From an uncultured Actinomycetota bacterium (GTDB lineage: Bacteria; Actinomycetota; Actinomycetes; Actinomycetales; Dermatophilaceae): a stretch of DNA of 64,000 nucleotides. Of this stretch, positions 1-9,912 are shown in pieces. Under the pieces are notes generated by a model. The model made no database searches, was not told where the DNA came from, and saw only the letters and a list, made by a program, of their open reading frames with translations. Location of the stretch: the NCBI GenBank assembly GCA_963828995.1, contig CAWHHB010000005.1:249338-313337 (forward strand), read 5' to 3'. How positions within the stretch are numbered: position 1 is the stretch's first letter; each line of letters starts with the position of its first letter. The translations under genes were made by a program, and so were the position numbers.

Positions 1-70
1 ACCGCCTCGGCCGAATGCCGCCGCTGCTGCCGCGGGCGGCGCGAGCGACGACGAGCTCGCGCTCGGCGAG

Positions 71-886
71 GTGTGCCCGCTGGACAACACCGGCATCGTG
101 GCCGTCGCCGGACCGCTGGACGAGGTCGCGGAGCAGGCCCACCGCTCGATTCTGCACGCGCTGGCCGACGACTTCAGCGCCGTCCTCTGCGACCTGAGCG
201 GCGTCACCGGCTTCCCCGCACCCGAGGCGACCGCGCTGCTGGCCTCCGTGGGCTCGGAGGTGCGTCAGTGGCCGGGCACGCCCGTCGGCCTGGTCTGCCC
301 GGCCGTCCGGCTGCGCCAGAGCCTGGGTCGCCACCCCGACAGCCGCTACCTGGTGCTCGCCGAGCGTCGCCGGCAGGCACTGGCAGCGCTGGCCCGCCAG
401 CCCCGGGCCACGATCGTGCGGGCCTCGCTGCCCCCGGTGGCCCGCTCGGCACGCGCCGCGCGCGACCTGGTGGCGCGGACGCTGCTGGACTGGGGCTGGG
501 GCCCCCAGATCGGGAGTGCGACGCTGGTCGTGAGCGAGCTCGTGACGCACGCGATGCTCGACGCCGACAGCGAGCTCTGGGTGACGATCTCGCGATGCGG
601 CTCACAGCTGCGGTTGGCGGTGCGCGACACCAACCGCACGAGCTCCTCGCTCGTGGGGCTGGACCCTGCGCGCCTCACCCACCGCGGGCTGATGCTCGTG
701 GCCGCGGTCTCGGAGTCGTGGGGCGTGCTGCCGACCAGCGTCGGAGGCAAGGAGGTGTGGGCCGTGCTGTCGGCCAACCCGTCATCTGCGCGCGCCCGCC
801 CGCCCGCGGCGGCCGCGGGCGATGCCGCGGCGCGCTCCCGCCGGACGCCTCGCCCGCGGCCGGGGCGTTACCCTCGTCCACCATGA
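71..886 (+). CDS. STAS (anti-sigma-antagonist-like) domain fused to an RsbW/SpoIIAB-like HATPase anti-sigma regulatory domain
   Basis: 271-aa ORF. The N-terminal half is STAS-like (GIVAVAGPLD..AVLCDLSGVTGF). The C-terminal half is RsbW-like (ARDLVARTLLDWGW..ATLVVSELVTHAM..LRLAVRDT..GLMLVAAVSESWGV). Its TGA overlaps the next ATG (ATGA at 883-886). The frame stays open to the window start, so the true start may lie upstream. Confidence 0.55.
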   Translation: MCPLDNTGIVAVAGPLDEVAEQAHRSILHALADDFSAVLCDLSGVTGFPAPEATALLASVGSEVRQWPGTPVGLVCPAVRLRQSLGRHPDSRYLVLAERRRQALAALARQPRATIVRASLPPVARSARAARDLVARTLLDWGWGPQIGSATLVVSELVTHAMLDADSELWVTISRCGSQLRLAVRDTNRTSSSLVGLDPARLTHRGLMLVAAVSESWGVLPTSVGGKEVWAVLSANPSSARARPPAAAAGDAAARSRRTPRPRPGRYPRPP

Positions 887-1530
887 CGGCTCCGACCACG
901 CCGCGGGTGCAGCGCGTGCTGACCACCGCGGAGTGGATGCGCCGGAGCACCGCGTCTGCCGACCTGCTGAGTGAACCGGAACGGCTTCGCGCACAACGCT
1001 TTCGGCGTGAGGATGACCGCCTGGACTTCATCGCTGCGCACCTGCTCGCACGCGAGGTCGTCGCGGAGCTGCTGGGGGTGGCGTCCGCTGAGGTGCGCCT
1101 GGCCCAGTCCTGTCCGGACTGCGGTGCCGACGACCACGGACCGCCGCGCGTGTCGGTCCCGGGGCACGCGGGTGTCTTCACCAGCTGGTCCCACAGTACG
1201 GGCCGGATCGGCGCGGTCGCCGCGCTGGCCCCGGTGGGCTTCGACCTCGAGCGCGTCACCAGCGGCCGGAGCGTCACCGAGGCCGAGGTGCACGTGCTCT
1301 CGCCGGGGGAGCTGGCGCAGGTGCGTGACGCCGCGGATCCACGGGTCGCGTTCCTGCACTGGTGGACCCGCAAGGAGGCACTGGTGAAGGTCGGTGCGAT
1401 CGAGCTCGACGACTTCGGCGGCACGGACCTGAGCGGGCACCCGCAGCGGTGGGGCAGCTGGGCGCTGTCGAGCTGGCACGACCGGGGGAACGACGTCGTC
1501 GCTGCGGTGGCCGCGACGCCCGGCTCCTGA
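883..1530 (+). CDS. Sfp/EntD-type 4'-phosphopantetheinyl transferase
   Basis: In-frame ATG at 883 inside ORF 73..1530. Family motifs are present: FTSWSHSTGRIGAVAA, VGFDLERV (GxDxE) and FLHWWTRKEALVKVG (WxxKEAxxK). It is convergent with the NRPS operon. Confidence 0.8.
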   Translation: MTAPTTPRVQRVLTTAEWMRRSTASADLLSEPERLRAQRFRREDDRLDFIAAHLLAREVVAELLGVASAEVRLAQSCPDCGADDHGPPRVSVPGHAGVFTSWSHSTGRIGAVAALAPVGFDLERVTSGRSVTEAEVHVLSPGELAQVRDAADPRVAFLHWWTRKEALVKVGAIELDDFGGTDLSGHPQRWGSWALSSWHDRGNDVVAAVAATPGS

Positions 1531-1588
1531 CCGGCCGCCGGTGGCGCCCGACGGCGGCGCGCAGTCGGGCCGCGGCGCCGTCGAGTGC

Positions 1589-2661
1589 CTAGCCGTACCG
1601 GCGCAGCTCGTGGAAGAAGTCGTCGACGACGTGCAGCTCGCCGGAGCGGGCCACCTCGTCGTAGACGAACTTGCCGACGGCGAGGTCGAGCACGCCGAGG
1701 CCGAAGGGCGAGAACACCACCGGTCCGGTCGGCCGGCACCGTCACCCGCCCGGCCATCACGTCGTCCAGCGTGCCGAGCAGGAAGTCCCGGTTGCCGGTG
1801 AGCTGCTCGACCAGGTGCGGCGAGGTGTTGGCCTTCAGGCAGTGCTCGACGTCGTCGACGACGTTGGTCGAGGCGAGCAGGATCTCCGGTGCGAGGTCGC
1901 GCAGCGACACGTGCAGCACCACCGGGTGGTGGTCGAACCACGACACGTCGCTGATGTGCGGCTGGCCGGCGACGGTGGCGAAGACCACCAGGTCGCTGGA
2001 GCGGATCAGCTGCTCGGCGCTGTCGTGCACGGTGATCGGGCCGGCGGTGCCCGACTGCTCGAGGTAGCCGCGGAAGCCGGCCGCGCTGTCGGCGGACAGG
2101 TCGTGCACGCCGATCTCGTCGAACGACCAGCCGGTGCCGGCCAGGAAGGTGTGGATGTAGCGGGCGATCAGGCCGACCCCGATGAACCCGACCCGCGTCG
2201 GGCGCGGCCGGCCGCGGCTGAGCCAGTCGGCCGCCAGCGCCGCCGACGCGGCCGTCCGGGTGGCGCTGATGATCGAGCTCTCCAGGCAGGCGAACGGGTA
2301 GCCGGTGTCGTGGTCGTTGAGGATCAGCACGGCCGAGGCCCGCGGGATGCCGGCCGCCACGTTCTCCGGGAAGCTGGAGATCCACTTCAGGCCGTCCACC
2401 CGCACCTGCCCGCCGATCGACGCGGGCAGCGCGATGATCCGGGACGACGGGCGGTCGGGGAAACGCAGGAAGTACGACGGCGGGTTCACCGAGTCACCGG
2501 CACCGTGCACCCGGTAGGTGGCCTCGACCAGGTCCACGATCTCGCTTCTCGCGCCCCTGCAGCGCCTGCTGGACCTGGGCGCCGGAGATCACCGCGAAGG
2601 GTGGCACCGTCACCTGCCCGGGCGTCGCGGACTCCGTTGCGGTGGAACGAGCAGTGGTCAT
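1589..2661 (-). CDS. sbnB: 2,3-diaminopropionate biosynthesis protein SbnB (ornithine cyclodeaminase family), frame-broken in this sequence
   Basis: The core lies in ORF 675..2537: VNPPSYFLRFPDRPSSRIIALPASIGG..GLKWISSFPENV..AVLILNDHDTGYPFACLESSIISATRTAASAALAA..FIGVGLIARYI. The N-terminus (MTTARS..FAVISGAQVQQALQGREK) and C-terminus (VVFSPFGLGVLDLAVGKFVYDE..FFHELRRYG, stop TAG 1591-1589) are in other frames. Frame breaks fall near 2545 and 1725. ATG 2661 overlaps an upstream TGA. Confidence 0.75.
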
Positions 2662-3666
2662 CGAGCGGTCACCTCGACGGTCGGCGAGCAGGTCGGCGAG
2701 CCGCACCGGGTCGGCCATCGCGACCAGCACCTCGCGCGGTCCCTCGAAGGCCTCCCGGCTGTGCGCGGTGCGGATGTTGTCGACCAGCATCAGGTCGCCG
2801 GCCTGCCACGGCTCGCGCGCGGTGTTGGCCTCGTAGACCTCGTTGAGCAGCTGCACGACGTCCTCGCCGATCGGGTCACCGTTGCCGAAGCGGGTGTTGA
2901 ACGGCAGCCCGTCGTCGCCGTAGACGTCGACCAGGTACTCGCGCACCTCGGGGTCGATCGTCCACTCGTTGAGGAAGGCGATCTGGTTGAACCAGCAGCG
3001 CTGGCCGGTGACCGGGTGACGCACCACGGCGCTGCGGCGCTGCCGGGTGCGCAGCCCACCGTCGGGCTGCCACTCGAACTCGATGGCGTTGGCGCGGCAG
3101 TAGCTCTCGACGGCGCGCACGGTCGTCGGTGCCGAACGCCTCGGCGACGGACGCCCCGATCTCGTCGTTGTAGCTGCGGGTGAGCAGCCAGCCCTCCCGC
3201 TCGAACCGCTCGACCAGCTCGGCGGGCAGGGCGTCGAGCACGGTCGGCGAGTCGGCCACCGCGGTCGCGCCGCCGTCGGTGGGCGCGCTCAGGCACGCGA
3301 ACAGCATCAGGCCGGGGAACTCGAGCGGCGTAGCTCAGCTCGTGGTGCATGCACATCGGCTGGTTCGGCGGCCACTTCGACGAGGAGTACACGCCGTCGG
3401 CGTAGGTCCGCCGGGACGCGAAGGCCTCCCGCTCGGTCATCAGAGCGGTGGCCAGCCGCCGGAAGACGGCACCGACCTCGGCCGCGTCGCGCAGCCCGAG
3501 ACCGCGGACCAGGACCGAGCCGTGCTCGGCGACGACGGCGCGCAGCGCGTCGCGGTGCTCGGCCGCCCAGCTCGGTCGCGTCGCCGGCGGCGTCGGCCCG
3601 CAGCATCGGAGGCCTGCCGGGTTGCCGGTCCACGTCGAGCAGTGACGCCGGGGATGAGGACGACAT
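2658..3666 (-). CDS. TauD/TfdA-family Fe(II)/2-oxoglutarate dioxygenase (NRPS-associated hydroxylase type), frame-broken
   Basis: Rebuilt from minus-strand segments. These are MSSSSPASLLDVDRQPG (ATG 3666, AAGGAA RBS), EHRDALRAVVAEHGSVLVRGLGL, MTEREAFASRRTYADGVYSSSKWPPNQPMCMHHELSYA (HxE), LMLFACLSAPTDGGATAVADSP, and VVRHPVTGQRCWFNQIAFLNEW..GDLMLVDNIRTAHSREAF (distal His/Arg). At least 4 frame breaks. The stop is assumed to be the TGA of the ATGA overlap at 2658-2661. Confidence 0.65.
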
Positions 3667-3688
3667 CTGGTTTCCTTTCACTTGCCAC

Positions 3689-6600
3689 TCAGGAGGAGGC
3701 GAACAGGTCGGCGGCGCGCAGCACGGCCTGCGCCGCCTCGGTCGGACGGGTGCGCAGGAAGTAGTGGCCACCGTCGGCGATCTCGTGCAGGTCGACGTGC
3801 TCGGCCAGGACCTGCCAGTCGCGGTGCCGCTCGCGGGTACTCCGCCGTGATCGGGTCGTCGGCGGCGACGACCACGGTGACCGGGGCGGACAGCCTCACC
3901 GTCGGGCGGCGCGTCCAGGGCGTCGGCGAAGTAGCGGTGGGCGGACACGCAGTCGTGCCGGTAGGCGGCACCGACGTGCTCGGCGCGCTGCGCATCGAGC
4001 TCGCCGAGCTCGGTGTAGCCGCTGTCCGCGCTCAGCCCCGCGGCGATCTCGGCGTTGCTGCGCTGCGGTCAGCTCGGCGATGGCGGCGCGCCGGTCGGCG
4101 GCGTCGCCGAGCAGCTGCGCGCCGAGGAACACCCGCTGCACGTCGACCCCACGCTCCTGCAGCCGCCTGGCCGTCTCCACGGCGAACGCGGCGCCCGAGG
4201 AGTGGCCCCACAGCAGCACCCGGGCCAGCCCGAGACCGGTGATCTCGGCGACGACCTGCTCGACCACCTCCGCCATCGGCGCGAACGGCTCACGCTCGGC
4301 GGCCAGGTCGTGACCCGGGCAGCTCGACGGCGTAGACGGCCAGCCCGCTGCCGCGCAGCGCGCCGGCCATCGGCTGGAAGTTCACCGCGTTGCCGCCGGC
4401 GTACGGGAAGCACACGAGGACACCGGACGGCGGACCGTCCGGCTCGCTGACAGGGGCTGGAGCAGCCCGGACCGCTGCTCGCGACCTGCCGTCGACCAGC
4501 GCGGCCAGGTCGGCCAGGACCGGGTGGCGGGTGACGTCCTTGAGGGACACCGCCCGGTCCAGGGCGATGGCCAGCTTCACGGCCGACAGCGACGTGCCGC
4601 CCCGGTCGAAGAAGTGGTCCTGCCGGCCGATCTGGTCCTGCGGGATGCCGAGCACCTTGGCCCAGGCGGCCGCCAGCCGCTGCTCGGTCGGCGTCCTCGG
4701 CGCGTCGTAGTCCTCCTCGACGACGTCGAGCTCTCCGGCGAGCGCGGTCAGCGTCTTCCTGTCGATCTTGCTGTTGGCGGTCAGCGGCAGGCTCTCCCGC
4801 CAGTGGAAGGCCGACGGGACCATGTACTCGGGCAGCGACTGCGGCCAGCCGCTCCCGCAGGACGCTCGATCGTCGAGCGGCTGCTGGCCGGAGTAGAAGG
4901 CCACCAGGTGCTTGCTCTGGTCGGCCCGCTCGGCGACCACCACGGCGCCGTCGCGGACACCGGGCACGCGCAGCAGGGCGTTCTCGATCTCGCCGATCTC
5001 GATCCGGAAGCCGCGGATCTTGACCTGGGTGTCCCGGCGGCCGAGGAACTCCAGCTTGCCGTCCGGGCAGCCAGCGGCCGTAGTCGCCGCCGCGGTAGAG
5101 CCGCTCGCCCTCGCCGGTGCGGGTCGGTCAGGTAGGACTCGCCGGGTGCGCTCGGGGTCGTTGACGTAGCCGCGGCCGACGCAGACCCCGGAGAAGACGA
5201 TCAGCGCCGGGGGCGCCGAGCGGCACCGGCGACAGGTGCTCGTCGACGACGTAGACGTGCACGTTGTTGACCGGGCGGCCGAGCGGCACCCGCTCGCGCG
5301 TCCGGCACGCGGTCCATCACCTCGTGGTTGGTGTCGTCCGAGGTCTCGGTCAGCCCGTAGGCGTTGACCAGCTTGATCCCGGGCTGGGCCGCGAACCAGC
5401 GCTGCGCGAGCTCCTTCTTCAGCGCCTCGCCGGTGACCGACACGCACCGCAGGTCCGGCAGCTCGCGGGGGTGCTGCTCCAGGTAGGACAGGACGACCTC
5501 GAGGTAGGACGGCACGACCTGCAGCACGGCGACCCGGCCGTCGACGATCGTGTCGACGAACCGCTCGACGTCCAGGATCACCTCCTGCTCGACCAGCAGG
5601 GTCCGGCCGCCGACCAGGAGCGCGGAGACCAGCTGCCACAGCGAGATGTCGAAGCACTGCGGCGCGGTCTGGGCGACCACCTGCCCCTCGCCGATCTCCA
5701 GGTCGTCGATCTTGGCGTAGAGGTGGTTGAGCATGCCCGCGTGCTCGCACATCGCGCCCTTGGGCTCACCGGTGGAGCCGGAGGTGAAGTAGATGTAGGC
5801 GAGCTGGTCCGGCGCGACGTCGACGCCGAGGTCGCCGTCGGCGTGGTCCTCGTCGTAGGCCGTCGTCGACGAAGAGCGTCTGCGACCCCGGGCAGCGACG
5901 TCGAGGGCCTGGTCGAGCGTGGTCGTGCTGCCGGGTTCGGTCAGCACGAGCGCGCACCCGGCCCGGGAGAGCGTGGTCGCGATGCGATCGGCCGGGAAGT
6001 GCGGCTCGATCGGCAGGTACACGCCACCGGCCTTGAAGATCGCGAGGACGGCGGCCATCCAGTCCAGGTTGCGCTCGGTCACCACCGCGACGACGCCCTC
6101 GCGGCGCAGCCCGCGCGCCAGCAGGGCTCGTGCCGAGCCGGTTGGCGCGGGCGTTGAGCTCCCGGTAGGTCCACTGCCGGTCGCCGTGCACGGCCGCGAC
6201 GGCGTCCGGGTGCGCCGCGCACCCGCTGCTCGAACAGCTCGTGGAACCGGCGGTCCGGCAGCTCCCGGCGCGGTCCGGCCAGCCCGTCGAGCTGGAAGTC
6301 GCAGCTCCTCGGCGGAGAGCAGGCTCTGCCGCCGGTGCTCGGCGTCCGGGTCGGCGGCGATCAGCGCGAGCGCGGTGAGGTGGTAGCCGGCGATCCTGGC
6401 GGCGCACTCGGCGTCGAGCACGTCGGTCCGGTACCGCAGCCGCAGCACGAGCCGGCCGTCGTGCTGGCGAGATCCCGACCCACAGCACGGTGTCCTCGGC
6501 CAGGTCGCCGCCGTCGCCGGTCGGGTCGAACACGGTCTCGAACGACGGCTCGGTCAGGCCCAGCTCGCGCCGGAGGTCGTCGACCGGGAAGTCCTGGTGC

Positions 6601-6966
6601 GCCAGCAGCTCCGACTCGACCCGATGGGCGTCCAGCACCAACGCCCGCCACGACTCGGGCTCGGTCGTCAGCCGGCAGGGCAGCGGCGGGCGCGCCGTGC
6701 CGGGCGACGTAGCCGGTCGCGACCTCGCGCTCGCCGGACAGCGCGGCCAGCACCTTGGCGTGCGCGGCCAGCAGCACCGAGCTGAGCGGCACCCCCAGCT
6801 CGTCCGCCAGCCGGCGCAGCGCCGCCACGAGGTCGTCCGGGATCGTCGCCTCGTGCTCGGCGACGCCCGGCACCGGGTCGAGGGTCCACCGCGGGATCGC
6901 GGTGAACCCGCCGGCGGCGAGCACACCGCGCCAGAACTCCCGGCCGGCCTCAGTATGCGTTCCCAT
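3689..6966 (-). CDS. Single-module non-ribosomal peptide synthetase: ~200-aa C-domain-like N-terminus, then A, PCP and TE; heavily frame-broken
   Basis: The start is MGTHTEAGREFWRGVLAAGGFTAIPRWT (ATG 6966). A-domain motifs: LAYIYFTSGSTGEPKG, QCFDISLWQ, NAYGLTETS, GKLEFLGRRDTQVKIRGFRIEIGEIE and PLTANSKIDRK. PCP: DHFFDRGGTSLSAV. TE: VLVCFPYAGGNAVNF and LLWGHSSGAAFA (GxSxG), with C-terminus ..GGHYFLRTRP..DLFASS and stop 3691-3689. I count more than 15 frame switches among ORFs 6361..6984, 5766..6926, 5201..6448, 4290..5750, 3896..4276 and 3678..3995. Confidence 0.8.
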
Positions 6967-6980
6967 CAAGTCTTTCCCTT

Positions 6981-9859
6981 TCACTTACCTTGGCAGGTGC
7001 TACCTGCTGCTGACCAGAGCGGCGCCGGCGGTTGTTCTTGCTGGAGCGGCGGGCCGGCAGGGTGACCGGGTGGTCCCGCATCTCCCTGGCCGGGTTGCCG
7101 CCCCACTGGGCGTGCGGCGGGACCTCCTCGCCCTTCATCAGGAAGGAGTCGGGGGCGAGCACCGCGCCGTCGCCCATCGTCACGCCGTAGTGGACGAAGG
7201 CGCCGACCCCGAGCGTGCAGCCGGCACCGATCGTGATGCGGTCGGACTTGAAGGCGCCGTCCTCCTGCGAGTGGCACTGGATCGACGCTGCCCGCGTTGA
7301 GCGTGCAGTCGTCGCCGATGGTGACCAGCGTCCTTCTCGGTCAGCTAGCAGCCGTCGTCGAAGACCCGGCGGCCGATCCGGACACCCAGCAGCCGCCAGA
7401 TCAGGTTCTTGAACGGGGTGCCGTTGAAGACCTGGAGGTAGGTCGACCGCGGGCACCTTCCAGAAGCGTTCGTGCCGCCAGAAGCTGCGGTCGTAGATCG
7501 AGCAGAACTGCGGCCGCAGCGGCCGGAACGCCGTCGACGGCCCGCTCGACCAGCACGAAGTAGACGACGGTGAACAGCGAGGACTGAGCGACGTTGGCCA
7601 GCGCGATCGCCGCACGCGCCGAGCGCGTCGTAGAGGTCCGACGGCGGCCAGGCCGAGCAGGGTGACGCACGAAGACGTAGAGCCACCGCACCAGCAGGAA
7701 CAGCCCGATGGTGACGAGGTTGTGCCTGTTCTTGGCGGCGAGGCGGCGGCGCAGCTCGTCCGCCGCTCGCCAGGTGGTCGAACGTGCTGTCCCGCTCGAC
7801 CGATGCGCGGGATCTCGAAGCTGGGCGAGCCGAGCAGCCCGACGCCCTCGCGGACCTTCCCGTCGATCGGGACCATGACCTTCGTCGCGAGCAGGCAGTT
7901 GTCGCCCGTCCTGCCCTGCGACGGGTAGGCGATGTGGTTGCCGAGGAAGTTGTGCGCCCCGATCGACGCCCGGGACACCCGGAACGACGTGCTCGAGAAG
8001 TCGGCGTTGATGATCGACAGCCCGTCGGCGACCATCGTCCCGCTGCCGACTGAGCTCAGGTACGGGTTCTCGTGCTTCACCTCCGTGCCGAAGTTCGACC
8101 CGGTCTGCTCGCACGTGCGACGAGGTCGTACCCGAGCCACGCGCAGGTAGTGGACGATGTAGGAGCTGTCGCCGAAGAGGTACGGTGAAGAACTTGAGGT
8201 TGGTCATGCGCGCGATCGCCCGGTGGACCGAGTAGTGGAAGCCGTACAGCGGGATAGACCTTGTCCGGCTTGATGAGCGCGGTTGAGCAGGCGCGGGACG
8301 GTGACCACGACGAGCAGGCCGACGAGCAGCGAGCCGAAGAAGAGCACGAGGGAGATGACCAGGGCGTCGACGTAGAACGCCCGGGTCGTGAGCGACCACG
8401 GTCGCCGGGTCCAGCAGCGCCGGCGAGCGCAGGGACCGCGGTGAGCAGCATGATCACGGCCGCCGAACGCCAGCGGCAGGTACGAGCGACCAGCACGTTG
8501 AGCAGCTGCAGCGACGGTGTAGCCGACCCTGCGCAGCGTGCCGCAGTCGGCGGGCTCGACCCTCCGGTAGTCGACCGTCGGTGCGCTGCGCCGGGGACCC
8601 GTGCCAGCGCTCGCCGGCGGGCACGGCCTGCCCGGCGTGCAGCGACGGAGGCGTGGCCGAGCTGGGCCCCGTCGCCCATCGAGGTGTCGATGTCGAGCAC
8701 CGTCTCCTCGCCGACGAACACGTCCCTGCCGAGGGTGACCGGGCCGGTCTGGATCACGCCCGTGCGTGGGCCCGGTAGCAGCTGAGGAACGAGTCCTTGC
8801 GGATGACCGTGCCGTCGCCGATGGTGAGCAGGTCGGTGCACACCGGCACGTTCCGGGAGAGGATCGCGACGCCCCGCCCGATCTTCGCGCCCAGCGCCCG
8901 CAGGTAGAGCGAGTACAGCGGCGAGCCGACGAACAGCAGACCAGCGGGTTCGACCGGACCAGCGTCTTGACGAGCCAGAAGCGGACGTAGGCCAGGCTCC
9001 AGACGCGGATCTGCCGCGGCTTCCACCGACCGATCGAGCACCCACTTGGCCAGCGATCGGGAAGGTGCACAGGACGACGAACAGCGCGCAGCGCCGAAGA
9101 CGACCGACCGCAGGTAGATGTCGACCACGCCCGGTGCCGGCCGAGATCCACTCGTAGCCCGCGGACCACGAGCAGCGCGGCGAGGTAGGAGTACCCGAGG
9201 AAGACCAGCAGCTGCAGCGCCCCGCACAGGACGCCATCCGCAGGCCGGCGGCCCGTGCCGGCGCCGGTGCCGACCACCTCGGCCGGCGACCGGCGAGTCC
9301 GGCACGGCAGGGGCGGGCACGGTGTCGGCGAGCGCCGTCGCCAGGCTGCTGATCGTCGGGTGCTGGTAGATGTCCTTCATCGACACCGACGGCAGGTCGG
9401 CCCGCTTCCGCACCCGGGCGCAGAACTGGGCCATCACCATCGAGTCGGCGCCGAGGTCGTCGAAGAAGTGCGCGTCGACCGGCACGCGGTCGACGTGCAC
9501 GATCCCGGCCAGCACCTCGGCGAGGGTCGTCGTGAGAGTCCGCCCGACCGGCACGGGCGCGGCGTCCACGAGCGCCGTCGCCAGGCTGCTGATCGTCGGG
9601 TGCTGGTAGATGTCCTTCATCGACACCGACGGCAGGTCCTCCCGCTTCCGCACCCGGGCGCAGAACTGGGCCATGACCAGCGAGTCGGCGCCGAGGTCGT
9701 CGAAGAAGTGCGCGTCGACCGGCACCCGCTCGACGTGCACGACGTCAGCCAGCACCTCGGCCAGGGACCGCTCCAGGCTGGTCTCCGGGCGTCGTACCTG
9801 ATCTGGTTGGTTGCCGGTGCGGACAGGTCGGCGGTCAGGATCCCGGCGGACTTCTTCAC
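6981..9859 (-). CDS. PCP-PCP didomain fused to a Pls/PosA-type NRPS terminal region (three hexapeptide-repeat domains interleaved with TM helix pairs); no adenylation domain; frame-broken
   Basis: GTG 9859 has an AAGGAG RBS 8 nt upstream. Two carrier domains each carry FFDDLGADS(L/M)VMAQF. Hydrophobic pairs then alternate with beta-helix-like segments. These segments are IGRGVAILSRNVPVCTDLLTIGDGTVIRKDSF..GPVTLGRDVFVGEETVLDIDTSMGDGAQLGH, then ENPYLSSVGSGTMVADGLSIINADFSSTSFRVSRASIGAHNFLGNHIAYPSQGRTGDNCLLATKVMVPIDGKV, then IGRRVFDDGC..IQCHSQEDGAFKSDRITIGAGCTLGVGAFVHYGVTMGDGAVLAPDSFLMKGEEVP. The stop is either 6981 or 6950, depending on the last frame break. Confidence 0.7.
9330..9809. repeat. 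Tandem 240-bp direct repeat (two units) encoding the two PCP domains
   Basis: Unit 1 (9330-9569) and unit 2 (9570-9809) both begin gagcgccgtcgccaggctgctgatcgtcgggtgctggtagatgtccttcatcgacaccgacggcaggtc. They stay near-identical for ~175 bp and then diverge. The period is exactly 240 bp, i.e. 80 codons. Confidence 0.9.
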
Positions 9860-9912
9860 TACGTGAGCTCCTTGAACCAGCGTTGGCGAATCTCGCGGCA
9901 TGAGCGGCCCCG

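Noticed and set aside
2494-3120. Apparent in-frame fusion of the TauD-family C-terminus with the SbnB N-terminus (..ADRRGDRSMTTARST..).
   Set aside because: The ATGA at 2658-2661 is the classic stop/start overlap. A one-base shift a few codons upstream gives ..RLADCSPTVEVTAR-stop. Given the pervasive indels, a hidden stop is more likely than a true fusion.
9330-9809. Possible CRISPR-like or other non-coding repeat array.
   Set aside because: There are only two units, the period is exactly 80 codons, both lie inside a coding region, and both translate to carrier-protein domains with the DS phosphopantetheine site. No cas genes or short spacer-repeat structure occur anywhere in the window.
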